64,000 bases of DNA. Source: an uncultured virus (IMG/VR IMGVR_UViG_3300009528_000001) (taxonomy: Duplodnaviria; Heunggongvirae; Uroviricota; Caudoviricetes). Position 1 is the first letter of the stretch; every line of letters starts with the position of its first letter. Made by a program: the position numbers and the translations under genes. Where the stretch lies: IMG/VR virus record IMGVR_UViG_3300009528_000001; one strand, written 5' to 3'. Below the pieces are notes generated by a model. That model saw only the letters and a list, made by a program, of their open reading frames with translations. It was not told where the DNA came from and searched no databases. This document shows positions 38,255-48,107 of this stretch, one piece after another.

Positions 38255-40637
38255 TATTATGAATAGATGCATTTGCGGAAACAAAAATAAAAAACCATAC
38301 AAAAGAGACAGCACTGTGTCCGTAAGCAATGAGGGGATATTAAAGAAGAAAGACATAAAACTGGTCTCTTGTAATGGTTGCGGAATCATAAGACAGACAG
38401 GAACAGCCATTAAAACGCAAAAACAGTATAATAAATATTACGAGGGATACCCACCCACTAAAAAAATATATACTAAAAAAACATATAAGCATGACCGGAG
38501 AGTGGCTGGCATAAGGTGCGAATCATACAAGATACCAACCGCCAAGACTGAAGGCATTGAAATACTTGACGTTGGTTCCGGCAGCGGGGCATTTGTGGAT
38601 GAATGTAGGTCTCGGGGGCTTAAATCATTTGGTTGTGAGTTAGGAAAATATCACTACGAGGAAGATGGATCTTATATCTACAGAAAAGGCTTATTGGATA
38701 TCCATTTCCCCACAGATCATTTTGATATCGTGACTTGCCATGATGTAGTGGAGCACGTGTTGGACCCCGTGAAATTCATAAAAGAGATGTTTAGGATAAC
38801 AAAGCAAAACGGAAGATGCATTATTGACTTTCCTAATTTCTTCAACGAAAAAGGAAACCATCATTGGAAAGATTCTGAACATGTTTGGTTTTTTACCGAA
38901 GGACAACTGGCGAATTTGTTGAAAAATATTGGATTTATAGTTGATTCAATAAAAAATCCTTTGAAAACAAGGTCTGTATTTTACGCAACAAGGCCAACTC
39001 AAAAAAGGGTAAAAATACTGGTACCACCTGGGATGGGAGATTCTTATTGGTCCATCGTGAAAATGCAGTCATTCCTCAAATCGGAAGGAATAGATATGCC
39101 CGATATATGCATTGCTGCCGGCAAAGACAAAAAATACAATGGCCATGTTCGGGCTGTTCCGTTTTTGCAAATGTTCCCCTTTGTTAATGCTGCTGGCGGT
39201 CACATTGCAATGAAACAGATGGAAAACGGAAAAAAGATTTGGAATGAGGCTTATTCTGAAAGGGGACGGACAGTTTTCCGTGATATTTATGATCATGATT
39301 ATATGCTTTCATATAATGGTCATATCAGGTGGGGCGTTCAATTAGAAGACGTAGATCCTCAGTATGAATGTGATTGGCACCCTCCGATGTTTGTATCCTT
39401 GGATCAAGAAAACTTTAAAAATAATTGCATTAAACAATATGGGAAATATTTCTGCATCTATTTACCGCTTTATGGACATTATGTTAAATGGTTAGAAGAA
39501 TTTAGCCTTGACAATCTAATCAAGGCAATAAATAAAATCTCCAAAGAGAATGACGCTATCCCTGTTCTCGTTGGCGCACAATGGGATGCAGAAGATAAAA
39601 AGTTGAGTGCGGCAAAAGGTAAAATTAAAAAGCTTGTGGATCTGACCGGTAAGACAGATATGCAGCAGTTATTTGGATGTTTAAGGGGCAGCGAATTGGT
39701 TTTTGGGTTCCCCTCTGGATTAACTATTATGTCGGCTGCAATTAGATGCAAAACCCTTATGGTTTGGAATGATTTCTACGAGATTGGAGTCCATGGAAAT
39801 AAATTTTATCGTTATGTATGCCCCCCGGACACATGGAATAAAAACTATTTTGCCATGAACACGGCAACAATGACGGTTAACAATGTGGCCAAAGCGGCAA
39901 ATGATATAATTTCTGACAGAAAGCCAACTTTATTTTGGCCTGAGCGAGGGAATGGCAAAATTATCTACGGCCAGAGAAAAAATCAAGTTAAGCGTAAATA
40001 TGAAGCCGAGCCGATCACTATATTATGCATTCATAAAACCGGGGACGGCTTTAATTTGCAATATGTTGAAAAATTAAAACGGGGAATTGAGAGAAATACA
40101 ACAGTACCATATAAATTTGTCTGCTTAACGGATAAAAACATTCCTTTGGGGATATGTGAAAGCATTATACTAAAGGATAATTTAATAAAAGGGTCAATGG
40201 TTGAGATGTTCAGGTCCGGACTGGTTACGTCAAAACACATTATTTATTTTTCTCTCGATACTATTATCACCGGGAACATAGACAGGTTATTGATTCAACG
40301 TGATGATTTTATAGCTCTAAAACCATGGCACCTACAAAACAAACTGTTGGGTTTATTCGCTCCGGGTATGATGCTTTGGAAAAATGGCGGCACATATTCT
40401 TTTATTTATGACCAATTCAAAAAAGAAGAATCTGGAAATGAAATAGAATATATTACTAATAGTGTTAGATCAATAAATAATGCAATCCCATATTTTCAAG
40501 ATAGTCATAATGGAATTTATAGTTATAAAAGACACTGTCGATCTGGTTTGCCCAAAGATGCAAGAGTGATATGCTTTTTAAACAGGCCAAAGCCACATGA
40601 TATTGAGGCATCTTGGTTAGAGGAACATTGGATATGA
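38247..40637 (+). CDS. Fusion of SAM methyltransferase, GT9-like and GT-A-like glycosyltransferase domains
   Basis: LDVGSGSG...HDVVEHV; PPGMGD...DLTGKT...FPSG; FVCLTD...YFSLDTII...RPKPH. Confidence 0.8.
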   Translation: MDNIMNRCICGNKNKKPYKRDSTVSVSNEGILKKKDIKLVSCNGCGIIRQTGTAIKTQKQYNKYYEGYPPTKKIYTKKTYKHDRRVAGIRCESYKIPTAKTEGIEILDVGSGSGAFVDECRSRGLKSFGCELGKYHYEEDGSYIYRKGLLDIHFPTDHFDIVTCHDVVEHVLDPVKFIKEMFRITKQNGRCIIDFPNFFNEKGNHHWKDSEHVWFFTEGQLANLLKNIGFIVDSIKNPLKTRSVFYATRPTQKRVKILVPPGMGDSYWSIVKMQSFLKSEGIDMPDICIAAGKDKKYNGHVRAVPFLQMFPFVNAAGGHIAMKQMENGKKIWNEAYSERGRTVFRDIYDHDYMLSYNGHIRWGVQLEDVDPQYECDWHPPMFVSLDQENFKNNCIKQYGKYFCIYLPLYGHYVKWLEEFSLDNLIKAINKISKENDAIPVLVGAQWDAEDKKLSAAKGKIKKLVDLTGKTDMQQLFGCLRGSELVFGFPSGLTIMSAAIRCKTLMVWNDFYEIGVHGNKFYRYVCPPDTWNKNYFAMNTATMTVNNVAKAANDIISDRKPTLFWPERGNGKIIYGQRKNQVKRKYEAEPITILCIHKTGDGFNLQYVEKLKRGIERNTTVPYKFVCLTDKNIPLGICESIILKDNLIKGSMVEMFRSGLVTSKHIIYFSLDTIITGNIDRLLIQRDDFIALKPWHLQNKLLGLFAPGMMLWKNGGTYSFIYDQFKKEESGNEIEYITNSVRSINNAIPYFQDSHNGIYSYKRHCRSGLPKDARVICFLNRPKPHDIEASWLEEHWI

Positions 40638-40865
40638 AATCAATATGTGATAATTGCGTACTATTATTTACTCATCAATGTAATCCCGAACGATACAATA
40701 AAGAAATTAAAAAAATGTATTGTGAAAAAGCTATCTATTTCCCAACAATTGATTGTAAAACTTGCCACAAGCTAGAAATTAATTTTACAACTGGTTCTGT
40801 ATGTTATGGCCTTGCTTTAGTCAAAAAACAAAGAGAAATATCTGAAATTGATTGTAGTGAATAAA

Positions 40866-41591
40866 ATGAAAAATTTAATTACTAGCAACATGCCATCCCC
40901 AATTTTGATCACAGGTGCTGCAAGATCAGGCACATCCCTAATTGCGGGAGCGATTAATAGTTGTGGTGCTTATGGGGGCAAAATGTCCGGGCCAAACAAA
41001 AACAATGCCAAGGGTATGTTTGAGAATGTGAAAATAAGGAATGATGTTCTCAAACCATATTTACGAGAAATGGGATTTGACCCTATGGGGCAGTACCCTT
41101 TACCCATAATCAACAAACTATCAATTCCTGTGAACTGGAAGGACAGAGTTGAATCGATTATCAAGCAAGATGGATATATTAAAGGGTCATGGATGTATAA
41201 AGGCGCAAAAATGTGTCTTACGTGGCCGATATGGAGCCATGCGTTCCCGGATGCAAAATGGGTTATAGTTAGGAGAAAGTCGGAGGATATTGCAGATTCG
41301 TGTATGCGTACCCATTTTATGCGAGCCTTCGGCAATCCCGCTAACCAGACAGCTGTTGGGGTTAAATCTGCCCATGATGGTTGGTTGTGGTGGGCACAAA
41401 AACACCTTGAACGATTTAGAGAAATGCAAGATGCTGGATTAAACGTCAAGGTTATTTGGCCAGAGCGAATGGTATCAGGTGATTACACTCAAATAATGGA
41501 TACAATTGAATGGCTCGGGTTGAAGTGGAATAGTCAAGTCGTTGCATCCTTTATAGATCCTAAATTATGGCATGCAAGGAATAAGGTATAA
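40866..41591 (+). CDS. Sulfotransferase family protein
   Basis: ILITGAARSGTS and FPDAKWVIVRR motifs. Confidence 0.82.
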   Translation: MKNLITSNMPSPILITGAARSGTSLIAGAINSCGAYGGKMSGPNKNNAKGMFENVKIRNDVLKPYLREMGFDPMGQYPLPIINKLSIPVNWKDRVESIIKQDGYIKGSWMYKGAKMCLTWPIWSHAFPDAKWVIVRRKSEDIADSCMRTHFMRAFGNPANQTAVGVKSAHDGWLWWAQKHLERFREMQDAGLNVKVIWPERMVSGDYTQIMDTIEWLGLKWNSQVVASFIDPKLWHARNKV

Positions 41592-41593
41592 AA

Positions 41594-41968
41594 ATGGCTC
41601 GTGTAAAACCAAGTGAAGTAAAACAGATAATAGACACCGATTTGAGCAATCCAAATATAGATGCTTTTATTTTATCAGCAAATATTACCGTCACTGCAAT
41701 ATTGGGCACCGACACTGTCATCACTGCCGCCCAATTAAAAGAGATTGAAAGATGGTTGACTGCACATCTGATTGCAAGTTCAAAAGAGCGTCAAGCCCAT
41801 ACTGAGAAAGCAGATGATGCAAGTATCACATACGGCGGAAAGACCGGGAAAGGTCTTAATTCAACCACCTATGGCCAGCAGGTAATGCTTCTCGACACAA
41901 CCGGAAAAATGGCCGCAAGCGTTGGGAAAAAGAGGGCTTCTATAACCGCAGTACCGAGTTTTGATTGA
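41594..41968 (+). CDS. Head-tail adaptor
   Basis: WLTAHL and LNSTTYGQQ motifs; synteny. Confidence 0.75.
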   Translation: MARVKPSEVKQIIDTDLSNPNIDAFILSANITVTAILGTDTVITAAQLKEIERWLTAHLIASSKERQAHTEKADDASITYGGKTGKGLNSTTYGQQVMLLDTTGKMAASVGKKRASITAVPSFD

Positions 41969-41969
41969 T

Positions 41970-42326
41970 ATGGCTTCTTTTCCTTCAAGAAATCTTAACC
42001 GAAAAGCTGTTTACTGGGGTTCACCAACAAAAGACGGCTTTGGTGGTTTTACTTGGGATGATCCAGTGGAGATTGATTGTCGTTGGGTTGATTCTAATGA
42101 GCAAATATTTACTGGCAACGGTGACCAAATTATTAGCAAAGCCAAAGTAACGGTTAATCAGGATCTTGATGAACAAGGAATATTATTTCTGGGAGAAATT
42201 GCCGATTTGACAGTAGCCCAAAAAGCAGACCCGAAAACATTGTCAAGTACATTTCCAATTAAAAAATTCAAGAAGACGCCGACTATAAACAAGCCGACAC
42301 GTTTTTTTAGAAAGGCATTTCTGTAA
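41970..42326 (+). CDS. Head closure/stopper protein
   Basis: Synteny; DGFGG...PVEIDCRW. Confidence 0.7.
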   Translation: MASFPSRNLNRKAVYWGSPTKDGFGGFTWDDPVEIDCRWVDSNEQIFTGNGDQIISKAKVTVNQDLDEQGILFLGEIADLTVAQKADPKTLSSTFPIKKFKKTPTINKPTRFFRKAFL

Positions 42327-42829
42327 TGGCAGATTTAAAAGGTCTTGGAAATGTCTTGAGAAACATGAATGTCTTGATAGATACCATGGAAGAAAGAAAT
42401 ATTAAAGGCATGGTCAAGGCTACAATTATAGTGCGAAGATCAATGGATGAAACGGCACCAGTAATACCATGGGATACTGGTAATTTACATGCCAGTTGGT
42501 TTGTCGTAACTTCATCAGGAGGAGTTGCTTCTGGAAAGTCACCAAAGTTTAAGGGTAAAAATGCAGGACAAGCCGCCACTGATCACAACGAATCCAAAGG
42601 TAAAAATAAATTCATTGCGGAGGCTTCCGGGATGCCCGGCGTAATAATGGGATTTAGCGCTAACTATGCATTATTTGTTCATGAAAATGTTGGAGCTAAC
42701 TTCAGTCAACCGACAAAAGGTTTGCGTGGTAGATCTGGTGGAGCTGGTGCAAAATTTTTTGAAGCTGCAATCAAGCGAAATGCGGGGAAGATATTAAAGG
42801 TTATCGCGGATGAATCTAAAATAATATAA
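42326..42829 (+). CDS. HK97 gp10-like neck protein
   Basis: PWDTGNL, YALFVHE and AKFFEAA motifs. Confidence 0.8.
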   Translation: MADLKGLGNVLRNMNVLIDTMEERNIKGMVKATIIVRRSMDETAPVIPWDTGNLHASWFVVTSSGGVASGKSPKFKGKNAGQAATDHNESKGKNKFIAEASGMPGVIMGFSANYALFVHENVGANFSQPTKGLRGRSGGAGAKFFEAAIKRNAGKILKVIADESKII

Positions 42830-43230
42830 TGAATTCTCCCAGTGAAGATATCAAAGACATTCTGGAAGACGAGGCCAGTCTATCGTTGACATTTGGAACT
42901 AATTTATTTGTTAGCAGGGAACCCGCTGAACCGGATGCAGTAGTCACTATTTTTGACACTCCGGGATTTTCCCCTGACTTGACCATGAACAAGAATGAAC
43001 GCTATGACCGTCCGTCTATTCAAATAAGGATTAGAAATAATGATTTTACAGATGGATATAGCCTTGCTGACAGCATCAAAGAAATACTCCATGGTAAAGC
43101 TCACGAGATAAGGAATTCCACTTCTTATGAATCGATAAAAGCTGCAAGTGATATATCATTACTTGATTATGATGAGAGCAACAGAGTTAGATTGGTGATA
43201 ACTTTTGATATTCAAAGGAAACCTATATAA
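42829..43230 (+). CDS. Tail terminator
   Basis: Synteny; PSIQIRIR and DESNR motifs. Confidence 0.75.
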   Translation: MNSPSEDIKDILEDEASLSLTFGTNLFVSREPAEPDAVVTIFDTPGFSPDLTMNKNERYDRPSIQIRIRNNDFTDGYSLADSIKEILHGKAHEIRNSTSYESIKAASDISLLDYDESNRVRLVITFDIQRKPI

Positions 43231-43255
43231 GATTAAGTATTAAAAATAATAACAA

Positions 43256-43362
43256 CTAAGGGTATAGTCTGAGAACCGGCCAGTTTTAAGACTATCGCAA
43301 GAATCAAAAGAGGCAATATTGGTGCCAATATCACCAGTGTTGTCTCTTTTTTTTGCCCTTAG
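43256..43362 (+). promoter_or_regulatory. Multi-stem leader/terminator before tail tube gene
   Basis: CTAAGGGTA/TGCCCTTAG enclosing ATAGTCT/AGACTAT and a 19-bp stem ending in a T-run. Confidence 0.6.
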
Positions 43363-43394
43363 CATTAATTTACAAGTAAGGAGGTGAAAATGAT

Positions 43395-43820
43395 ATGGCT
43401 ATTGCAGGCGCAGGAACTCAGTTAAAACGGTATAACCCTCAATTAACCCAATGGGAGGTCATCGCAGAAGTTAATAGCATTACAGGCCCAGGAATGACCA
43501 GGGAGACTATTGACACAACTGCACTTGATACCGAAGGCGGTTACCGAACATTTATCCCGAGCTTTAAGGATGCTGGCGAGCTGGTGCTGGCGATGAATTT
43601 TACACGGGACGTATTAGAGATCATGCTTGCTGATTTTGAAAGTGATTCGTTGAAGCAGTATGAAATTATCTTTCCAGATGATGATAACACGACGATAAAT
43701 TTCACTGCTTTTGTAACTGCTTTGGGATTGGCTGTTACCACTGACGACAAGGTCACACAGGACGTAACAATCAAAATTTCCGGGGCTCCATCCATTAACT
43801 CAGGCTCTGGTTCCGGTTAA
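43395..43820 (+). CDS. Major tail tube protein
   Basis: ITGPGMTRETIDTT...KDAGE...FTAFV...TIKISG; RBS AGGAGG. Confidence 0.88.
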   Translation: MAIAGAGTQLKRYNPQLTQWEVIAEVNSITGPGMTRETIDTTALDTEGGYRTFIPSFKDAGELVLAMNFTRDVLEIMLADFESDSLKQYEIIFPDDDNTTINFTAFVTALGLAVTTDDKVTQDVTIKISGAPSINSGSGSG

Positions 43821-43858
43821 AACAAAAATCCTAATCATGGATAATTTAAGGTGATGCA

Positions 43859-44562
43859 ATGAGCTTTTTAACATGTGATAAACTTTTGCTAAAACAAAAA
43901 CTTGAGATCATTAAGATTGATCTTGGCAACGATGATTATGTTTATGTACGGGAGATGACTGGCAGAGAAAGAGATGCCTACGAAGTTTCCCTTCTTCCTG
44001 AAAAGGGAGAAGAAGAACGGGAGATGACCGATTTTCGCGCCAAATTGGTTGTCCGTGTGGCTTGCGATAAAGATGGAAAAAATATTTTCAAACTCAAGGA
44101 TTACACAAAATTGAGTCAGAATATTAGCGGGCGGCGTTTGAGGATAATTGCAAATGCAGCATCAAAGCTCAATAAAATATCAGAGGAGGAAAAAAAAGAA
44201 ATAGAAAAAAACTCCGAAGCCGTTCAAGACGGCAATTCTACTTCCGACTCTGCCGGGAATTAGGTTATCCCCATCCCGACATATTGCTTGATATTTTAAC
44301 ATCTAAACAAGTTTCAGAGTGGGAAGCCTATGACAGAATTGACCCAATAGGCGAATACAGGAATGATACCAGGACTGCTTTGGTATGTTCTACCATAACA
44401 AATCTAATGCGGTCAATATGGGGCAAGAAGGGGTCAAAAATGTCGTCCTTATCTGATTTTATACTTCAATGGGGAAATGAAAAAAAGGTGGAAAAAAAAC
44501 AGACACCTGAACAAATGAGGGATGCTTTTTTCGCCCTCACCGGATTAAAAAAGAAGAAATAA
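43859..44562 (+). CDS. Tail assembly chaperones G (43859-44263) and GT via -1 frameshift
   Basis: Slippery A-AAA-AAC at 44206-44212. The -1 frame (LRSRSRRQFYFRLCRELG...) is open into ORF 44284-44562. Confidence 0.85.
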
Positions 44563-44563
44563 A

Positions 44564-46873
44564 ATGGCAAACATAGGCGAATTAACAGCATCTTTGGGAC
44601 TTAATAATACCGCTTTTCTAACAGGAATAGCTGCGTCTCAATCATCATTACTGACCCTAAGCAATAACTTATCAAAGCTTGCCGTTCCTGCGCTTGTAAT
44701 TGGTGGAACTATTTTGCTTGCAAAAGGAATCTCCAAAGCCACGGACGCAGCCGCCAAGCTTGAAAAGAGCATGGCGAATGTAGCGACCCTTGTCGATAAG
44801 CCGAAAAAAGAAATAGCGGCATTAACTTCTGAAGTTCAGAATATGACCACAGAGGTTTTGAAATCTTCCGATGATTTGTCTTCCGGTTTATACCAAGTGT
44901 TCTCCGCTGGAATAACCGATAGTGCCGAGGCCCTAGGTGTCTTGCGCGTCTCCGCTATTGCGGCCACTGCCGGTTTGTCCGATACCCGTACTTCGGTTGA
45001 TGTAATTACAACTATCTTAAATGCATATGGGTTAGAGGCAAGAAAAGCAACCCGTGTAAGTGATCTGTTGTTCCAAACTGTTAGATTGGGAAAAACTACA
45101 TTTGAGGAATTAGCGGGAGCAATGGGTACGGTAACATCGATTGCCGCCACTGCCGGTATTGGATTAGAAGATTTATTCGGTGTTATCGCTACATTAACAA
45201 GGACAATGGAAACTCGTAGGGTTACTACTGGATTACGATCATTCATATTATCCATTATAAAACCATCTGAAGGGGCAATAAAAAAAGCAAAAGAACTGGG
45301 GTTAGAATGGAGTGCTGCGGCGTTAAGAGCAAAAGATTTAACCGGTTTCATTAATGATATGCGCATAGCAACAAAAGGAAGTGAAGAGGCAATGGCAGAA
45401 TTAGTGCCAAATGCTCGCGCATTAAGTATCGTTATGGCTGTTGTCGGAAAACAAAATGCAAGCCTAAATAGGATTATGGGCGAATTCCCAGATATTGCGG
45501 ATTCTTCTGCCGATGCCTTCAAGAAACAAGCCGATACCGTTGAAGCTCAATCTTTAAAATTAAGCCTAGTTACCGATCGGTTGTCAGAGAAATTTGGGAG
45601 ATTGTTTCTTTCAATAAAGAAAGTAACAACAATTGGATTAACTACATTTTTTGAGGAACTTGACAAGGGATTAAGTAAAGCTCTATTAACCGAAAATATA
45701 AGAATCATTGAAAGCGTTAATAAAAGATTACTGGAGGGGGCGCGTATTGCCGGAACTGGGATTGATCTGACAACAATAAAAGTCAATACATTTATCCAGG
45801 CACTAAAGACCGCTGATATTGATTTAATTCAATTTTTTTCTAAGACGGTAAAAGAGCAGCAACGTCTCATTCAAGCTTTGGGTTTACCTTCTGAATTAAT
45901 ACCCAGGGAATTAAAACTTGGAATTGAGAGCTTGGTTAAGGAAACCCAAAAAGCAGCCGCTGAGATTTCAAGAACATGGGAAAGAACATCTGACGATATC
46001 AAAGCCGCTTTTGAAGACCTTGGAATAGTTCCGGAAGCCCAATTCGATCAAGTCATACAAGACACTCTGAAATCTTTTGAAACAGTGACCAGGGAACTGG
46101 ATAAACGTGGTGAACTCAATGTTGAGGCCGCGACAAAAATCAGGCAAAAATTAATTGACCGGCTAAAGGAAGTTAGTGCCGAAGCTGCTAAAAGTGGATT
46201 TATTATTGATGATGAGCAAGTTGAGAGAATTGAAGGATTGCTTGAAGACTTGGGTGGTTCTTCTGTCAGGACTGCCCAGAAAGTTATAAGCGATACAGAG
46301 AAATTAGCAGATGCCACTACGGTCACAATCGAAAAAGGTGTTCTGGATACCAATAGATTTATAAAGAAAACCGCCACAGAAGCCATAAATTCATTCAAGG
46401 ATACTGGATTAAATGTGTCATCAACGTTGGCAACTGAATTTTCCAGAACAGCGAGTGCCCATGTTGCTGCATGGAGATCTTCTACGGAAGGAATGAAGAA
46501 TTTGGATATTTCATACACAGATTCTTTCTTAGGGGAATTAGATAAACGGAAAGACGGATTTGACGCATTTGCCCGATCAATAAAAGCAAAGGCATCACAA
46601 CTTCGCCAGACAATCGAAGCAGCATCTTCCTTCCCCGGACAAATAACATCCTTTGACGTTCCTGTTCGTCATCAGGGTGTTTTGTCAGCTCCAAAAACAG
46701 AACTATCCTTGATAGAAAAAGGGGAACTGATTGTTCCCGCCGCACAAAATCCCTTTAATGACAATCGGACTTTCAATAACACGTTCAATATGGGACAACA
46801 AGAAGATGAATTCTCCCAGCGACAAAGTTTATCGAGTTTAATAGATAAAAACAGAGATAGAGTATCAATATAA
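44564..46873 (+). CDS. Tape measure protein (TP901 family)
   Basis: Ala-rich helical; TVRLGKTTFEEL; follows the chaperones. Confidence 0.9.
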   Translation: MANIGELTASLGLNNTAFLTGIAASQSSLLTLSNNLSKLAVPALVIGGTILLAKGISKATDAAAKLEKSMANVATLVDKPKKEIAALTSEVQNMTTEVLKSSDDLSSGLYQVFSAGITDSAEALGVLRVSAIAATAGLSDTRTSVDVITTILNAYGLEARKATRVSDLLFQTVRLGKTTFEELAGAMGTVTSIAATAGIGLEDLFGVIATLTRTMETRRVTTGLRSFILSIIKPSEGAIKKAKELGLEWSAAALRAKDLTGFINDMRIATKGSEEAMAELVPNARALSIVMAVVGKQNASLNRIMGEFPDIADSSADAFKKQADTVEAQSLKLSLVTDRLSEKFGRLFLSIKKVTTIGLTTFFEELDKGLSKALLTENIRIIESVNKRLLEGARIAGTGIDLTTIKVNTFIQALKTADIDLIQFFSKTVKEQQRLIQALGLPSELIPRELKLGIESLVKETQKAAAEISRTWERTSDDIKAAFEDLGIVPEAQFDQVIQDTLKSFETVTRELDKRGELNVEAATKIRQKLIDRLKEVSAEAAKSGFIIDDEQVERIEGLLEDLGGSSVRTAQKVISDTEKLADATTVTIEKGVLDTNRFIKKTATEAINSFKDTGLNVSSTLATEFSRTASAHVAAWRSSTEGMKNLDISYTDSFLGELDKRKDGFDAFARSIKAKASQLRQTIEAASSFPGQITSFDVPVRHQGVLSAPKTELSLIEKGELIVPAAQNPFNDNRTFNNTFNMGQQEDEFSQRQSLSSLIDKNRDRVSI

Positions 46874-48105
46874 TGCCTAGTACTATATATTATCCTGATA
46901 TTAATAAACCAGAGTTGATTCTTGAATTTAACCGTGGATTGGAAAATCTGCCCGTTTCCCAGCCTGGTCGTAATAATCAGACGCGCATGGAAACACCGGG
47001 CGGGGCGGCTATTGTTCAAGAACTCGGCCCCCGCATTCAGTTTCTTAATTGGAATATAAAAAATTTAGAGTCCGATGACAAAGTAATTCTTTTTAATTTC
47101 TTGAATGATACTGTCAATTGGTCATTATATACATTTGACTATATTGATATAGACGGTAATGTATTTAATGGTTGCCGGTTCTGGCAGGGAGATGATGACT
47201 TCCGGCAAGAAGGTTTTAATGATCTATTTGGGGAAAATATAACCATCAGAGTTAATGCTATTCAATTTCTTTATGCGGGAACAACAGGCTCAGAGATTTT
47301 TCGTTCTGACAATGGGACTGATTGGGAAGAAGTTGAAGATTTAGGAGAATCAGATGTTTTCTCTTTAATCATTTTCAAGGGTTTTCTTTATGCTGCTACA
47401 GGAAGTAACGGCAAGATATTCCGTTCTGGTAATGGTACGACGTGGGATGAAGTTGTTGATTTGACAGAATCAAGCATTAGATGTTCGGCCATTTTCAATG
47501 GTTTTCTTTATGTAGGAACGGGTACTAATGGCAAGATCTTCCGTTCAAGCAATGGCATCGATTGGGAAGAGGTCGAAGAGACTAGCGAGTCATTTCTTTA
47601 TTCTATGACAATTTTCGGAGGTTTTCTTTATGCTGGTGGAGGCAGTGGCAAGATATTCCGTTCTGGTAATGGTACGACGTGGACCGAGATTATAGATTTA
47701 GGCACGTCTAATGTTTTTGCTTTAGCCGTTTTCAATGATTTCCTTTATGCTGGTACACATTCACAAGGCAAGATCTTCCGTTCAAGCAATGGCATTGATT
47801 GGGATGAAGTCGAGGATCTTGCTACAGAGACAAGCATTAGAACTTTAGCCGTTTTCAATGATTTCCTTTATGCTGGTACAACCCCAAATGGCAAGATCTT
47901 CCGTTCAAGCAATGGCATTGATTGGGAAGAGGTCGAAGAGACCACAGAGAACAACATTCTAGCATTAATAGTTTTCAATGATTTTCTTTATGCTGGAACG
48001 AGCAGTGGTGGCAAGATCTTCCGTTCAAGCAATGGCATCGATTGGGAAGAGGTCGAAGAGACTGAGCCATTAAATGTTGAATCATTGGCTATTTTCACTT
48101 TTTAA
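46873..48105 (+). CDS. Distal-tail-like N-domain fused to 7-repeat beta-propeller
   Basis: About 40-aa repeats FLYAGT..GKIFRSSNG.DWEEV after residue ~130. Confidence 0.75.
   Translation: MPSTIYYPDINKPELILEFNRGLENLPVSQPGRNNQTRMETPGGAAIVQELGPRIQFLNWNIKNLESDDKVILFNFLNDTVNWSLYTFDYIDIDGNVFNGCRFWQGDDDFRQEGFNDLFGENITIRVNAIQFLYAGTTGSEIFRSDNGTDWEEVEDLGESDVFSLIIFKGFLYAATGSNGKIFRSGNGTTWDEVVDLTESSIRCSAIFNGFLYVGTGTNGKIFRSSNGIDWEEVEETSESFLYSMTIFGGFLYAGGGSGKIFRSGNGTTWTEIIDLGTSNVFALAVFNDFLYAGTHSQGKIFRSSNGIDWDEVEDLATETSIRTLAVFNDFLYAGTTPNGKIFRSSNGIDWEEVEETTENNILALIVFNDFLYAGTSSGGKIFRSSNGIDWEEVEETEPLNVESLAIFTF
47270..48100 (+). repeat. ~120-bp tandem coding repeats
   Basis: GGCAAGAT(C/A)TTCCGTTC at 47410, 47530, 47647, 47767, 47890 and 48010. 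Confidence 0.9.
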
Positions 48106-48107
48106 TT

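Noticed and set aside
44836..46518. Long antisense ORFs (e.g. 44836-45522, 46048-46518, 35397-35867, 40970-41449)
   Set aside because: They shadow well-supported genes on the opposite strand and show no recognisable motifs.
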